From Anaerotignum sp. (GTDB taxonomy: Bacteria; Bacillota; Clostridia; Lachnospirales; Lachnospiraceae): a stretch of 64,000 nt of DNA. The notes below the pieces were generated by a model that was given only the letters and a program-made list of their open reading frames with translations, searched no databases and was not told the DNA's origin. Position numbers and translations under genes: made by a program. How positions within the stretch are numbered: position 1 is the stretch's first letter; each line of letters starts with the position of its first letter. The DNA is taken from NCBI GenBank assembly GCA_963591145.1, contig CAVARE010000039.1, positions 4,482 through 68,481 on the forward strand. Reading direction: 5' to 3'. Positions 9,394 to 17,674 of this stretch are shown here, in pieces.

Positions 9394-10329
9394 CTATATA
9401 TCGGCTGTTTTCTCCCGCTTGATCCTTTCGATTCTCACTGTAGAATGAAATATCATATAGATCGCGGTTCCGAAAATGATTATGCAGACCACCGTACCTG
9501 TGGTTCCTATCATAATATTACGAAATTTCCAGTCATTCTTAGCACCAAATTGTGACAGCATCGCCGTCTCCAGCGCCACCATAGACACCATTGCCGAGAC
9601 CAGATGCAGTACCTTGGCCGCCGACATGACCGGGCTTCGATATTTGCGGTATTTTATTACATTGATGATCGCAAATGTTATATTACAGAAGACGTAGACG
9701 GCCATGATATATATCAAAATCCCCGTATAATTAAAGCTCTTCTTATTCTTGATCATCATCGTTATAACTCCGGACAGAGCCAGATTCACAACCAGCAAGA
9801 TAGTGCCGCATAAGCGATACCGTTTCCATTCAGACAGCATATTTGCCCCAAATTCATTACGTCTGGCATAGCGCACCAAGGCAAATCGTGTCACTGCCAA
9901 TAGCAGATAATAAATGGCCAGCGTGCCGAACCATATGGAGTGGCTGTAAACTCCAAATGTGAATCTGATAACAGCGTAAATTATATTCAATGACAGACTG
10001 TAATATAGAGATACATTCAGGTTGAAGGATTTATCCGTGAAATATCGCCGCACAGCGGGAGCTCTGTCCATAACGGCATTGATGTTCTGCTTAGTATGTC
10101 TGGATACCTGCCAAAGGAGTACGCATACCACTGTCAGGATATATGCCGAAAAGATGTAAATCGGATAAGCTATCCATTCATCCTGAAAATTTTCCAAGAA
10201 AATAAAGATCAAACCCGCCGCTGCGACTGGAATTCCTATGAGAATAAACCACAACTTAGGGAATAGAATCTTATTAAACAACTTCTTGTATCGTGACACA
10301 GCACGCTCTTCCTTTCTGATTTTGTTCAT
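9394..10329 (-). CDS. polytopic membrane protein of unknown function (~8 TM segments)
   Basis: 311 aa, hydrophobic segments throughout, basic N- and C-termini. Confidence 0.7.
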   Translation of the reverse strand: MNKIRKEERAVSRYKKLFNKILFPKLWFILIGIPVAAAGLIFIFLENFQDEWIAYPIYIFSAYILTVVCVLLWQVSRHTKQNINAVMDRAPAVRRYFTDKSFNLNVSLYYSLSLNIIYAVIRFTFGVYSHSIWFGTLAIYYLLLAVTRFALVRYARRNEFGANMLSEWKRYRLCGTILLVVNLALSGVITMMIKNKKSFNYTGILIYIMAVYVFCNITFAIINVIKYRKYRSPVMSAAKVLHLVSAMVSMVALETAMLSQFGAKNDWKFRNIMIGTTGTVVCIIIFGTAIYMIFHSTVRIERIKREKTADI

Positions 10330-10469
10330 ACTCCGATTTTAAAAAAATGTTCCGTATCGATAGCTTATGCGCCATCTGCAGTCTCCTGTTCTGACTTAAA
10401 AATTGCCTGATCAATCCGATTCAGCGTTGCATCTTGCAATTCTTTAATAAGCAAAATAAATATTGCATA

Positions 10470-10498
10470 AGTATGTCACAATTGCGACATAAGAACAA
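10470..10498 (-). promoter_or_regulatory. sigma-A-type promoter with embedded palindromic operator (family C copy 2) upstream of the membrane protein gene
   Basis: minus strand TTGTTC-17 nt-CATACT; the spacer holds ATGTCGCAATTGTGACAT (16/18 palindromic). Confidence 0.5.
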
Positions 10499-10513
10499 GT
10501 TAACTATTATTTA

Positions 10514-10543
10514 TTGACAAGCAAATATTTATTGTGCTATATT
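10514..10543 (+). promoter_or_regulatory. strong sigma-A promoter of the MATE leader
   Basis: TTGACA (10514-10519), 18-nt spacer, extended -10 TGcTATATT (10535-10543). Confidence 0.75.
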
Positions 10544-10547
10544 CTGC

Positions 10548-10719
10548 GCCGTCGGACGGTGGCGGGGCCACCTTGCAAGGTGCTTATGAGAGTAAGTTCC
10601 CGGACGGACAGAAAAAATCGCAGAAGAATGCAGGGTTTGAAGCAATCAGGCTGTATTCTTATGAAAATGATTAATTTGATGAGCCGGATAAGACATATGT
10701 CTTATCCGGCTTGTTTGTG
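10548..10719 (+). ncRNA. unclassified structured leader or small RNA ending in an intrinsic terminator (candidate riboswitch/attenuator for the MATE gene)
   Basis: CTGCGCCGTC...GACGG..CGCAG closing helix; hairpins GGTGGC-GGG-GCCACC and CTTA-TGAGAG-TAAG; CGGACGG occurs twice; terminator AGCCGGATAAGACA/TGTCTTATCCGGCT plus TTGTTTGTGT at 10682-10719. Confidence 0.45.
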
Positions 10720-10726
10720 TAGCAAA

Positions 10727-10767
10727 CATTCACAGAAAGCTGTTTTGCATGGCTCTGAATAGTTACA
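10727..10767 (-). repeat. family A interspersed repeat, short form (copy A5, inverted)
   Basis: CATTCACAGAAAGCTGTTTTGCATGGCTCTGAATAGTTACA; near-identical to 20523-20563 and matches both ends of the long copies. Confidence 0.75.
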
Positions 10768-10882
10768 CATTCTGCATGAATATACAGGCGATGAACTGCC
10801 GCCCGATGTGGATTATAAATCTTCTAATGCCGAGAAAATGTCAGACTGAAGTTTTCTCGGTTGATGACAGTGAGGTAACATT

Positions 10883-12202
10883 ATGGAAAATCAGATTTTA
10901 ATTGGAAATGAAAGAAAAGTATTTTTGAAATACCTGATTCCCAGCATCCTGGGAATGCTGGGAGTATCTGCATATTCGTTTGTAGATACATTTGTCGTAG
11001 GACAGGGTGTAGGCTCCCAGGCTGTCGCAGCCATGGGACTGGGCACACCGGCAGTATGCATCATGTATGCGCTGGGATTTCTGCTGGGCGCCGGCGGCGC
11101 TGTAAACTACACTATCTCCATGGGCAAGGGCGACCGTTCCAGAGCCAGATCACTATTCTCGGCAGCATTCTATACGACACTGATTCTCTGGGTGATCATC
11201 GCAGTATGCGGCAACATCTGGATCGATCCGATCACAGATTTCCTGGGTGCAACGGCGGAAAATCATGACCTGGCAGTAGAATATCTCAGATGGATCATCT
11301 CGCTCTCCGGAATAATGATACTCGACCTCATCATGAACCAATTCATAAGGAACGAAGGCCACCCGAATGTATCAATGGTAGCGACAATTACAGGAACAGT
11401 CACGAACATTATACTGGATTTCCTGTTCGTCATGGGCTTCGGCTGGGGTATGTCAGGCGCAGCCTCCGCGACCTGCCTGGCATCAGTGATATCGGTAGGC
11501 ATCACGCTGGGATATGCGATCATCAAGAAAACGAATCTGATCCCGACGATCAGGATAAGCGACCTGAAGTATCTGCCAGCCATTGCCAAAATCGGCTTCA
11601 GCTCATTTGTCCTTGAGATCACATCCGCAGTAATATCCGTAGTTTTCTTAAATTTTGCAGGCAAATATTATGGTGCAAATGGCATCTCGGCATTTACCGT
11701 CCTTATCACATTCAATCTAGTGGTATATTCGCTGATAAACGGTGTCGCTCAGGGCATGCAGCCGCTGATAAGCACCTGCTATGCGGCAAATGATAATACG
11801 CGTATGAAGAAATTTCTGAAATATGGTCTGTCAGCATCAGCTGTGCTGGGCATATTTTTCTTCGTGATTAGCGAGCTGTTCCCCAAAGGATTAGTCAGGA
11901 TGCTCGTCACAGACAGCGAGGATATCGTAAATATGGGAATAACGGGTCTTAACTGGTATGCATTTGCCTTCTTATTTATGTCAGGATCCATACTTCTGGG
12001 CATATACTTCCAGGCCAAGGCACAGCCTGCGCAGTCGCTCATTATCCTGTTGGGACGAAGTGCGGTGATGCCGGTTATCCTCCTGTATGTACTGGAACTC
12101 TTTATAGGCGAGACAAGCCTGTGGGTGGCAATCCCTATCGGCGAGGCGGCCGCTCTGGCAGCAGCAGTTATCCTTCTCTGCAAGGATCTGAGAGCAAAAT
12201 AG
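10883..12202 (+). CDS. MATE family efflux transporter
   Basis: 439 aa, 12 predicted TM segments, typical MATE N-terminus (KVFLKYLIPSILGML..VDTFVVGQG). Confidence 0.85.
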   Translation: MENQILIGNERKVFLKYLIPSILGMLGVSAYSFVDTFVVGQGVGSQAVAAMGLGTPAVCIMYALGFLLGAGGAVNYTISMGKGDRSRARSLFSAAFYTTLILWVIIAVCGNIWIDPITDFLGATAENHDLAVEYLRWIISLSGIMILDLIMNQFIRNEGHPNVSMVATITGTVTNIILDFLFVMGFGWGMSGAASATCLASVISVGITLGYAIIKKTNLIPTIRISDLKYLPAIAKIGFSSFVLEITSAVISVVFLNFAGKYYGANGISAFTVLITFNLVVYSLINGVAQGMQPLISTCYAANDNTRMKKFLKYGLSASAVLGIFFFVISELFPKGLVRMLVTDSEDIVNMGITGLNWYAFAFLFMSGSILLGIYFQAKAQPAQSLIILLGRSAVMPVILLYVLELFIGETSLWVAIPIGEAAALAAAVILLCKDLRAK

Positions 12203-12205
12203 TAC

Positions 12206-12583
12206 CTACTCAGTCAGCTTTTTCAAAATCTCGGTATCCGCTGGGCAAAAATCATACTGTGGAATTTCAGCAGGTGTAATCCAGCGGATATCGTTATGCT
12301 CCAGCATCTGCGGAACGCCCTCGGCAATCTTTGCATTAAAGAGAGTAAGCGTTATTGTTATGTCGGGATATTCATGGACAACCTCCATGAAAACAGTTCC
12401 AACATTAATGGTAATGGCAAGCTCCTCGCGGCATTCGCGAATGAGTGCCTGCTCTTTTGTTTCTCCCGGTTCAACCTTTCCTCCGACGAACTCCCACAGA
12501 AGGCCTCTCGCCTTATGGGCCGGGCGCTGACATATCATGAATTTATCTTGGTCCCATATCAGGGCGGCAACTACATCTGTCAT
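12206..12583 (-). CDS. small NUDIX (d)NTP pyrophosphohydrolase, MutT/NudG-like
   Basis: 125 aa; GGKVEPGETKEQALIRECREELAI Nudix box; collinear by eye with E. coli NudG/MutT; AAGGAG RBS; start lies 14 nt after the upstream stop. Confidence 0.85.
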   Translation of the reverse strand: MTDVVAALIWDQDKFMICQRPAHKARGLLWEFVGGKVEPGETKEQALIRECREELAITINVGTVFMEVVHEYPDITITLTLFNAKIAEGVPQMLEHNDIRWITPAEIPQYDFCPADTEILKKLTE

Positions 12584-12597
12584 AGTGATATTCTCCT

Positions 12598-15405
12598 TTA
12601 TTTTGTAAGCCCGAAATCATATTGCAGATAATCCGGCAATTCATTTTCCATAGGTATGTCGAACAAATATGTCACAACATCCCTTTTCTTCTGTCTGTCG
12701 TAGGATACCTGCCTGCGCGGATTGGTCAGATGGCCTTTCCCCACATAAGTAAACGGCATTACGATTCCATTTTCATCCGACACCTTTCTGATAAAAAGCA
12801 AGGTCTCCTCGCTATCTATCAGCTTTTGAAGATCTGTGGCTGATACATTCGCCATGCTTTCCCATTGAAACAAGCCGGGCTCAATAAACTTATCCTTATA
12901 ATTCAATCTTTCTGCTACCGAAGCATCCTTCTTGAGCGATGCAAAGATGATAACAGTCTTTCCGTAATAATAGGTTCCCACCTGGTTATGACCAGGGTTC
13001 TTCAAGAGCTTCAGCTGTACCTGATCCATGCGGTAACTCTGCCAAAGCTTGAAACCTGTCTCCTCTCCATATTCGGAAGCAAGTCGCGTAAGACCATATT
13101 CGAGCAAATCCTCAATATACTCATTAAATTGATCATCAAGCGGGACATCCGTGAGAGTGCAATCCTCGCCGTCGAATGTCAGAAAGCCATTGTCCGTAAT
13201 ATATTTCATGGCGTGCTCCATCTGCTCATGTGAATAATCCCCGACAGTCTCGGACAGTCGAGTCTCTATCTCGGATAAACGGGTAACGCCGTGAATTACG
13301 CTGTCAAAAATGAGATATTCGTGCTGCCGCACAAGCGGAAGCATGGCGGAGAGATAATTCGCAAAGGCAATCTGCCGCTCCGTAAATACAGGAAGAAGCT
13401 TTGCGTCATCATCGCTGTCATCGAGAATCCCGTGAAGAAAGTTATAGTAGGAAACGCATTTCTTCCCGCCAATTTTAATGCTCATGAAGCGAAGCAAATC
13501 AGGTGCGCAATCGTTGTTGAGATAGTCCATGTGCTTCGGATAGGACTCCGCCCCGATATACTTCCGGAAGTTGAAATAATCCTGCTTGAGGTATACGAGG
13601 CTGTTGAAATTCTCCTTTTCAATATAGCTGATGATTTCTTCTTTACTGAGGTCATCTATGTGTATCTCAACGCCGTAATCATCAAGACCGATTGCCTTGA
13701 AATCATCCTGCACAAGTGCCATCATCAACCGCTTTTCAAGCACGAAATTCTCCGCAAGAGACGATAGCGCGAAGGCAATCTGCACGCTTCTTTTATAGCT
13801 GTTGCCGATGAAATCAAGTACGGTGACATACTGCTTGTTGTCATATTTTCGCAGACCGCGTCCAAGCTGCTGAATGAAAATTGTCGAGGATTCGGTCGGA
13901 CGCAGAAAGAGCACCATGTTGACACCCGGAATATCGACACCTTCATTGAGGATATCGACGGTGAAGAGGATTTCAAGTTCCTTTTCATCACTCTGCAGGT
14001 CATTATAGGCTCGGATTCGCTCGCCGATATCATTTCTACCCGTAAGATATGCGGTCTTGTAATGTTCACTCATCATCTCGCACATCATGCGAGCGTGGGT
14101 AACGTTTCGGCAGAATGCAAGTGCTTTCAGCTTTCCTTCGGGGCGGTGTTTCTCAATCTCACGGGTAATAAAGTCTCCATGTTCGGCCGTTGCAAGCTGC
14201 GCTACCATTTTGCGTTCCTCACTCTTGGTGAGTCCGTAATTAATGAGCTCATCGCGAATGCCGAAATAATGAAACGGCACGACAAGGTCGTTAATGATGG
14301 CATCGCGCAGGCGAAGCTCATAGGGAACATTCTTGTCAAACATGTCGAATACGTCCTGATTATCCATGCGCTCGGGTGTGGCGGTGAGTCCAAGCAGAAA
14401 CTCTGGCTCAAAGTAGCCGATAATTTTGCGGTAGGTTTCCGCCGTTGCGTGATGGCATTCATCCACGATGATGTAGTCAAACCAGTCCTTAGAGAAAAGC
14501 TCGAGCGACTTTGCCATCGTGATATTAGTCGCGAATACGAAATCCGCATCCATCTCCTTGTTCTCACTGCTGAAAATACCATAGGTAATCGAATTTCCGA
14601 ACACGTCTTGAAAAGTTTTAAGTGATTTCCTAAGGATTGAGCCCTCATGAACAATGTACAGAAGCCGCTTTGGAGAGAAATTCAGTGCATCAAATGCCGC
14701 AAGATAAGTCTTGCCGGAGCCTGCCGCCGCGACCACAAGTGCGCGGGATGTACCGACAGCGCGGTAGCGATTCAATTCCTTCAGCGCTTTACGTTGCATA
14801 AAATTCGGCTTAATGTTTGCTGTATGCAAATCATAGTCCATATCCCAGCGCTCAATGGCAAAATTGAGTTTATTCGAATAGAGGTTAATAATCTCAGTAT
14901 TTAACGGATGGGTAGCCTCCCACTTTTCCTCAAACTCACGCATAGCATCCGCAAACAGAGACGAGGATTTTTCTGCTGACACTGCAACATCCCACTCCAC
15001 ATTTTTGAGAAGAGCATAACGGGTGATGTTCGACGAGCCGACAATCACTTCGCACTTGTCGTCATATTCAAAAAGATAGCCCTTGGAATGATACCCGAGC
15101 GTTATATATTCACTGTCATGAAAGCATTCATAATCGAGATGGCAGGTGAAGTTCTTGCATCTTGACTGCAATGTGAAAAAGCTTTTCAGAGACTCGATAT
15201 CCGTAAAGTTCTGATAGGTGGAGGTAATAATCCGCCCAATCGTGCCGCGCTCAACTGCCGCCTCAATATCCTTAAAGAGCAGGACAAGCCCTGCTTTCTT
15301 GATAAAGCTGACCGAAAAGTAGAATGCCGTGCAATGTCTTAGGCTATCCTTGATTTTTTCAAGGAATTTCTGTTCTGTATAGTTTGTCAGAAACTGATTT
15401 GACAT
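12598..15405 (-). CDS. SauUSI-family type IV (modification-dependent) restriction endonuclease: PLD nuclease, SF2 helicase, DUF3427-type C-terminal domain
   Basis: PLD motif HSKGYLFEYDDKCEVIVGSSNIT; helicase motif I AAAGSGKT, motif II VDECHHA, motif VI-like QQLGRGLR; ~300-aa C-terminal domain; ~935 aa from ATG 15405 (alternative ATG at 15465 gives 955 aa). Confidence 0.8.
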   Translation of the reverse strand: MSNQFLTNYTEQKFLEKIKDSLRHCTAFYFSVSFIKKAGLVLLFKDIEAAVERGTIGRIITSTYQNFTDIESLKSFFTLQSRCKNFTCHLDYECFHDSEYITLGYHSKGYLFEYDDKCEVIVGSSNITRYALLKNVEWDVAVSAEKSSSLFADAMREFEEKWEATHPLNTEIINLYSNKLNFAIERWDMDYDLHTANIKPNFMQRKALKELNRYRAVGTSRALVVAAAGSGKTYLAAFDALNFSPKRLLYIVHEGSILRKSLKTFQDVFGNSITYGIFSSENKEMDADFVFATNITMAKSLELFSKDWFDYIIVDECHHATAETYRKIIGYFEPEFLLGLTATPERMDNQDVFDMFDKNVPYELRLRDAIINDLVVPFHYFGIRDELINYGLTKSEERKMVAQLATAEHGDFITREIEKHRPEGKLKALAFCRNVTHARMMCEMMSEHYKTAYLTGRNDIGERIRAYNDLQSDEKELEILFTVDILNEGVDIPGVNMVLFLRPTESSTIFIQQLGRGLRKYDNKQYVTVLDFIGNSYKRSVQIAFALSSLAENFVLEKRLMMALVQDDFKAIGLDDYGVEIHIDDLSKEEIISYIEKENFNSLVYLKQDYFNFRKYIGAESYPKHMDYLNNDCAPDLLRFMSIKIGGKKCVSYYNFLHGILDDSDDDAKLLPVFTERQIAFANYLSAMLPLVRQHEYLIFDSVIHGVTRLSEIETRLSETVGDYSHEQMEHAMKYITDNGFLTFDGEDCTLTDVPLDDQFNEYIEDLLEYGLTRLASEYGEETGFKLWQSYRMDQVQLKLLKNPGHNQVGTYYYGKTVIIFASLKKDASVAERLNYKDKFIEPGLFQWESMANVSATDLQKLIDSEETLLFIRKVSDENGIVMPFTYVGKGHLTNPRRQVSYDRQKKRDVVTYLFDIPMENELPDYLQYDFGLTK

Positions 15406-15494
15406 AGATATTTCTCTTTCTACAACAACTGCCTCAAAAGCGAATCGCCGTTCTCCTTCAGCCATTTATGACAAAATGGTAATTACAAAAGTAC

Positions 15495-15665
15495 TTACTT
15501 CCATGACATTTGTAATTCTCTTTTTGATTTAACACAATCGGATAAATACAAATTTATAAGAGTTTGATATGGTATGCCGGTATTTTCAGACTGAGTCTTA
15601 AAATATGCAATAACATCTCCATCAAGATTTATATTATCCAGCTCTGCTGCGCATCTGTCATTTGC
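15495..15665 (-). pseudogene. BrnA-type antitoxin remnant (C-terminal 56 codons, no start codon)
   Basis: translates to ..INLDGDVIAYFKTQSENTGIPYQTLINLYLSDCVKSKRELQMSWK*, matching the BrnA pattern LDxDVxxxFK..G..YQTxIN; an in-frame stop lies immediately upstream and there is no ATG/GTG/TTG. Confidence 0.4.
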
Positions 15666-15749
15666 TTAACTATTAATCGCGCTCATGATAGCATTCCAGA
15701 AGTGAAACGGCAATAATCACCTGCTGCATATAGATAAATTTCAAGTATA

Positions 15750-15778
15750 TTGACGTACAGAATCATGTACGTTAATAT
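15750..15778 (+). promoter_or_regulatory. promoter with perfect inverted-repeat operator for the antitoxin gene
   Basis: TTGACG-17 nt-TAATAT; the spacer is ACGTACA-N6-TGTACGT (15753-15772). Confidence 0.65.
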
Positions 15779-15800
15779 GCTTGAGAAGGAGGGTTCTAAA

Positions 15801-16067
15801 ATGTTGGCAGTAAATTATACAAATCTACGAAAAAACATGAAATCTTATATGAATCAGATAACAGACAACTACGAAACAGTAATTGTTACAAGAACGAATA
15901 AGAAAAATGTCGTGATGCTGTCGGAGGAATCATATAACAATATGATGGAGAACCTATATATCACGGGATGCAAAGAAAACTACGATTGGTTAATGCAGTC
16001 CAAATCTCAACTGGAGCGTGGTGCTTTTAAAAAGCATCTATTATTAGAGGATGCTGCTAATAAATAA
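15801..16067 (+). CDS. Phd/YefM family type II antitoxin (orphan, no toxin gene follows)
   Basis: 88 aa from ATG 15801 with AGGAGG RBS; MLAVNYTNLRKNMKSYMNQITDNYETVIVTR..VVMLSEESYNNMMENL is the typical Phd/YefM N-terminal domain. Confidence 0.8.
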   Translation: MLAVNYTNLRKNMKSYMNQITDNYETVIVTRTNKKNVVMLSEESYNNMMENLYITGCKENYDWLMQSKSQLERGAFKKHLLLEDAANK

Positions 16068-16144
16068 AGTTTTTTCCCAAAATGACAGCTTGTAGACAAA
16101 AAGCAGGGGTACCTTGGGGTACCTTGAAATATTAGGCTTTACGA

Positions 16145-16186
16145 CAAAAGGAAAGAGCCAGAAAACCGTGAATTTTCAAGCTCTTT
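16145..16186 (-). terminator. intrinsic terminator downstream of tRNA-Leu
   Basis: minus strand AAAGAGC...GCTCTTT followed by CCTTTTG. Confidence 0.5.
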
Positions 16187-16202
16187 GCTAATTAAAAAGA
16201 CA

Positions 16203-16287
16203 TGCGGAAGATGGGACTTGAACCCACACGCAAGCAATATGCACAAGATCCTTAGTCTTGCTCGTCTGCCAGTTCCGACACTTCCGC
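16203..16287 (-). tRNA. tRNA-Leu, anticodon AAG (type II, long variable arm)
   Basis: GCGGAAG acceptor stem, D arm TCG/CGA, anticodon arm CAAGA-CTAAGGA-TCTTG, T arm GTGGG-TTCAAGT-CCCAT, discriminator A; CCA not encoded. Confidence 0.8.
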
Positions 16288-16321
16288 ATTGGACTGTTGA
16301 TTTCTCAACCGCGCAAGAAAA

Positions 16322-16349
16322 AGTATACCAAAATAAAAATAAAAGTCAA
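16322..16349 (-). promoter_or_regulatory. dedicated promoter of tRNA-Leu
   Basis: minus strand TTGACT-16 nt-(TGg)TATACT, about 35 nt upstream of the mature 5' end. Confidence 0.6.
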
Positions 16350-16404
16350 CTACTTTTTTAATTTTTTCTGTTGCACTTTTTTCCGAATCGTATATCCTTA
16401 TCAT

Positions 16405-17511
16405 ATGGATTCGCATGAAATAAATTTATCTAATCAATTATATACTGGCTGCACTTTATGTCCGAGAAATTGTCGCGTTGACAGGCGCACCGCACTGGGG
16501 GTCTGCCGCTGCTCCGACATACTTCGGGCAGCCCGGGCAGGCCTTCACTATTACGAGGAGCCGTTTCTGTCAGGTACGAATGGCAGCGGCACAGTATTTT
16601 TCAGCGGCTGCTCTCTTGGATGCATCTACTGCCAGAATGGACAAATATCATTTGACAATTATGGATTTGATATCAGCATCGAACGCCTGGCAGAGATTTT
16701 CCTGGAGCAGCAGGCCAGAAAAGCACATAATATCAATCTCGTTACAGGAACGCACTATACTCCTTCGATTGCCTGCGCGCTTGAGATTGCACGGGCAAAT
16801 GGCCTTACTATCCCTGTAGTCTGGAACAGCTCAGGATATGAGAAACCGGATACATTAAAACTGCTGGACGGTCTTGTTGATATATTTATGCCGGATTTTA
16901 AGACTTTGTCGCCTGAACTGGGTGCCAAATATATGAAGGCTCCTGACTACCCTGAATGGGCGCAGGAAGCGCTGGCATGCATGGTCGAGATGGCGGGCGA
17001 TGTGATTTTCGAAGACTGCATTTCTGATGATTCTAACTCTCAGACCCACGACGTTTCGAATTCTGACCTGCCGCATTCTGATTCAGAATATATGGCCATT
17101 GATAAGAATTCTGAAACCTACGAGGGTGAAAATGTCCTTATGAAGCGAGGCGTAGTTGTGCGTCACCTGATGATCCCTGGTCAGCTTGAGGATTCTAAGA
17201 ATGTGATCAGATATCTATACGAAACCTACGGGGATAAAATATGGATATCTCTTATGAGCCAGTATACTCCTGTGGGCATATTTGCTGATCACAACGGTAA
17301 GGAAGTGGATGGAAACGCCGGCCGCACAGCTATTATAAACAGCTACAGGAAGACTCATCCCGAGTTATTCCATAAGGTCTCCCGCAAGGAATATGACGAA
17401 CTGGTTGACTATGCTATCGATATCGGTGTAGAAAACTGCATGATTCAGGAAGATGACGTGGCTGATGACAGCTTTATCCCAGAATTTGACGGAAGCGGCA
17501 TACAGGCATGA
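16405..17511 (+). CDS. radical SAM protein (PflX / pyruvate formate-lyase activase-like)
   Basis: 368 aa from ATG 16405 (the longer ORF from 16258 overlaps the tRNA); CSLGCIYCQN = CxxxCxxC; low-complexity insert DDSNSQTHDVSNSDLPHSDSEY. Confidence 0.8.
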   Translation: MDSHEINLSNQLYTGCTLCPRNCRVDRRTALGVCRCSDILRAARAGLHYYEEPFLSGTNGSGTVFFSGCSLGCIYCQNGQISFDNYGFDISIERLAEIFLEQQARKAHNINLVTGTHYTPSIACALEIARANGLTIPVVWNSSGYEKPDTLKLLDGLVDIFMPDFKTLSPELGAKYMKAPDYPEWAQEALACMVEMAGDVIFEDCISDDSNSQTHDVSNSDLPHSDSEYMAIDKNSETYEGENVLMKRGVVVRHLMIPGQLEDSKNVIRYLYETYGDKIWISLMSQYTPVGIFADHNGKEVDGNAGRTAIINSYRKTHPELFHKVSRKEYDELVDYAIDIGVENCMIQEDDVADDSFIPEFDGSGIQA

Positions 17512-17556
17512 CCTATAATTTCTAAGTCATGCAAGCATGCCGCTTCCAGATTTTTT
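17491..17556 (+). terminator. intrinsic terminator overlapping the radical SAM stop codon
   Basis: GGAAGCGGCAT..GCATGAC / GTCATGC..ATGCCGCTTCC long stem followed by AGATTTTTTG. Confidence 0.75.
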
Positions 17557-17674
17557 GATTTCACTTCGAGGATTGCTGCACAATCCATGCACCATAAGCC
17601 CCGCCAGTTCAGGTTTTATTACAGTTTTCAGCTTACCCTTTAATTAAAAGGTCACGTCGCATCGCAGACTTTAG

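Noticed and set aside
10548-10719. SRP RNA, 6S RNA or tmRNA identity for the leader RNA
   Set aside because: It lacks the SRP domain IV motif (GGAAGCAGC-type) and the tmRNA 5' GGGG/tag region. Its ends do not pair as they do in 6S RNA.
10514-10762. 82-aa ORF in the track upstream of the MATE gene
   Set aside because: It begins inside the -35 box of the promoter, has no RBS, reads through the terminator hairpin and has an Arg-rich, nonsense-like composition. The region is better explained as a structured RNA leader.
12598-15465. Possibility that the PLD-helicase protein is a novel helicase-nuclease defence gene (Mokosh, DISARM or Hachiman-like)
   Set aside because: The domain order (N-terminal PLD, SF2 helicase, DUF3427-type C-terminus) and its size match the already described SauUSI type IV restriction family. 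Only the NUDIX linkage is treated as potentially new.
16068-16144. Search for a toxin gene downstream of the Phd/YefM antitoxin
   Set aside because: Only a 17-codon ORF (MTACRQKAGVPWGTLKY) without an RBS fits before the tRNA terminator. There is no YoeB/Doc/RelE-like sequence in any frame.
16258-16404. N-terminal extension of the radical SAM ORF (start at 16258)
   Set aside because: It overlaps the tRNA-Leu gene and its promoter. The sequence is low-complexity (KKKYTKIKIKV..), and the conserved protein begins at ATG 16405.
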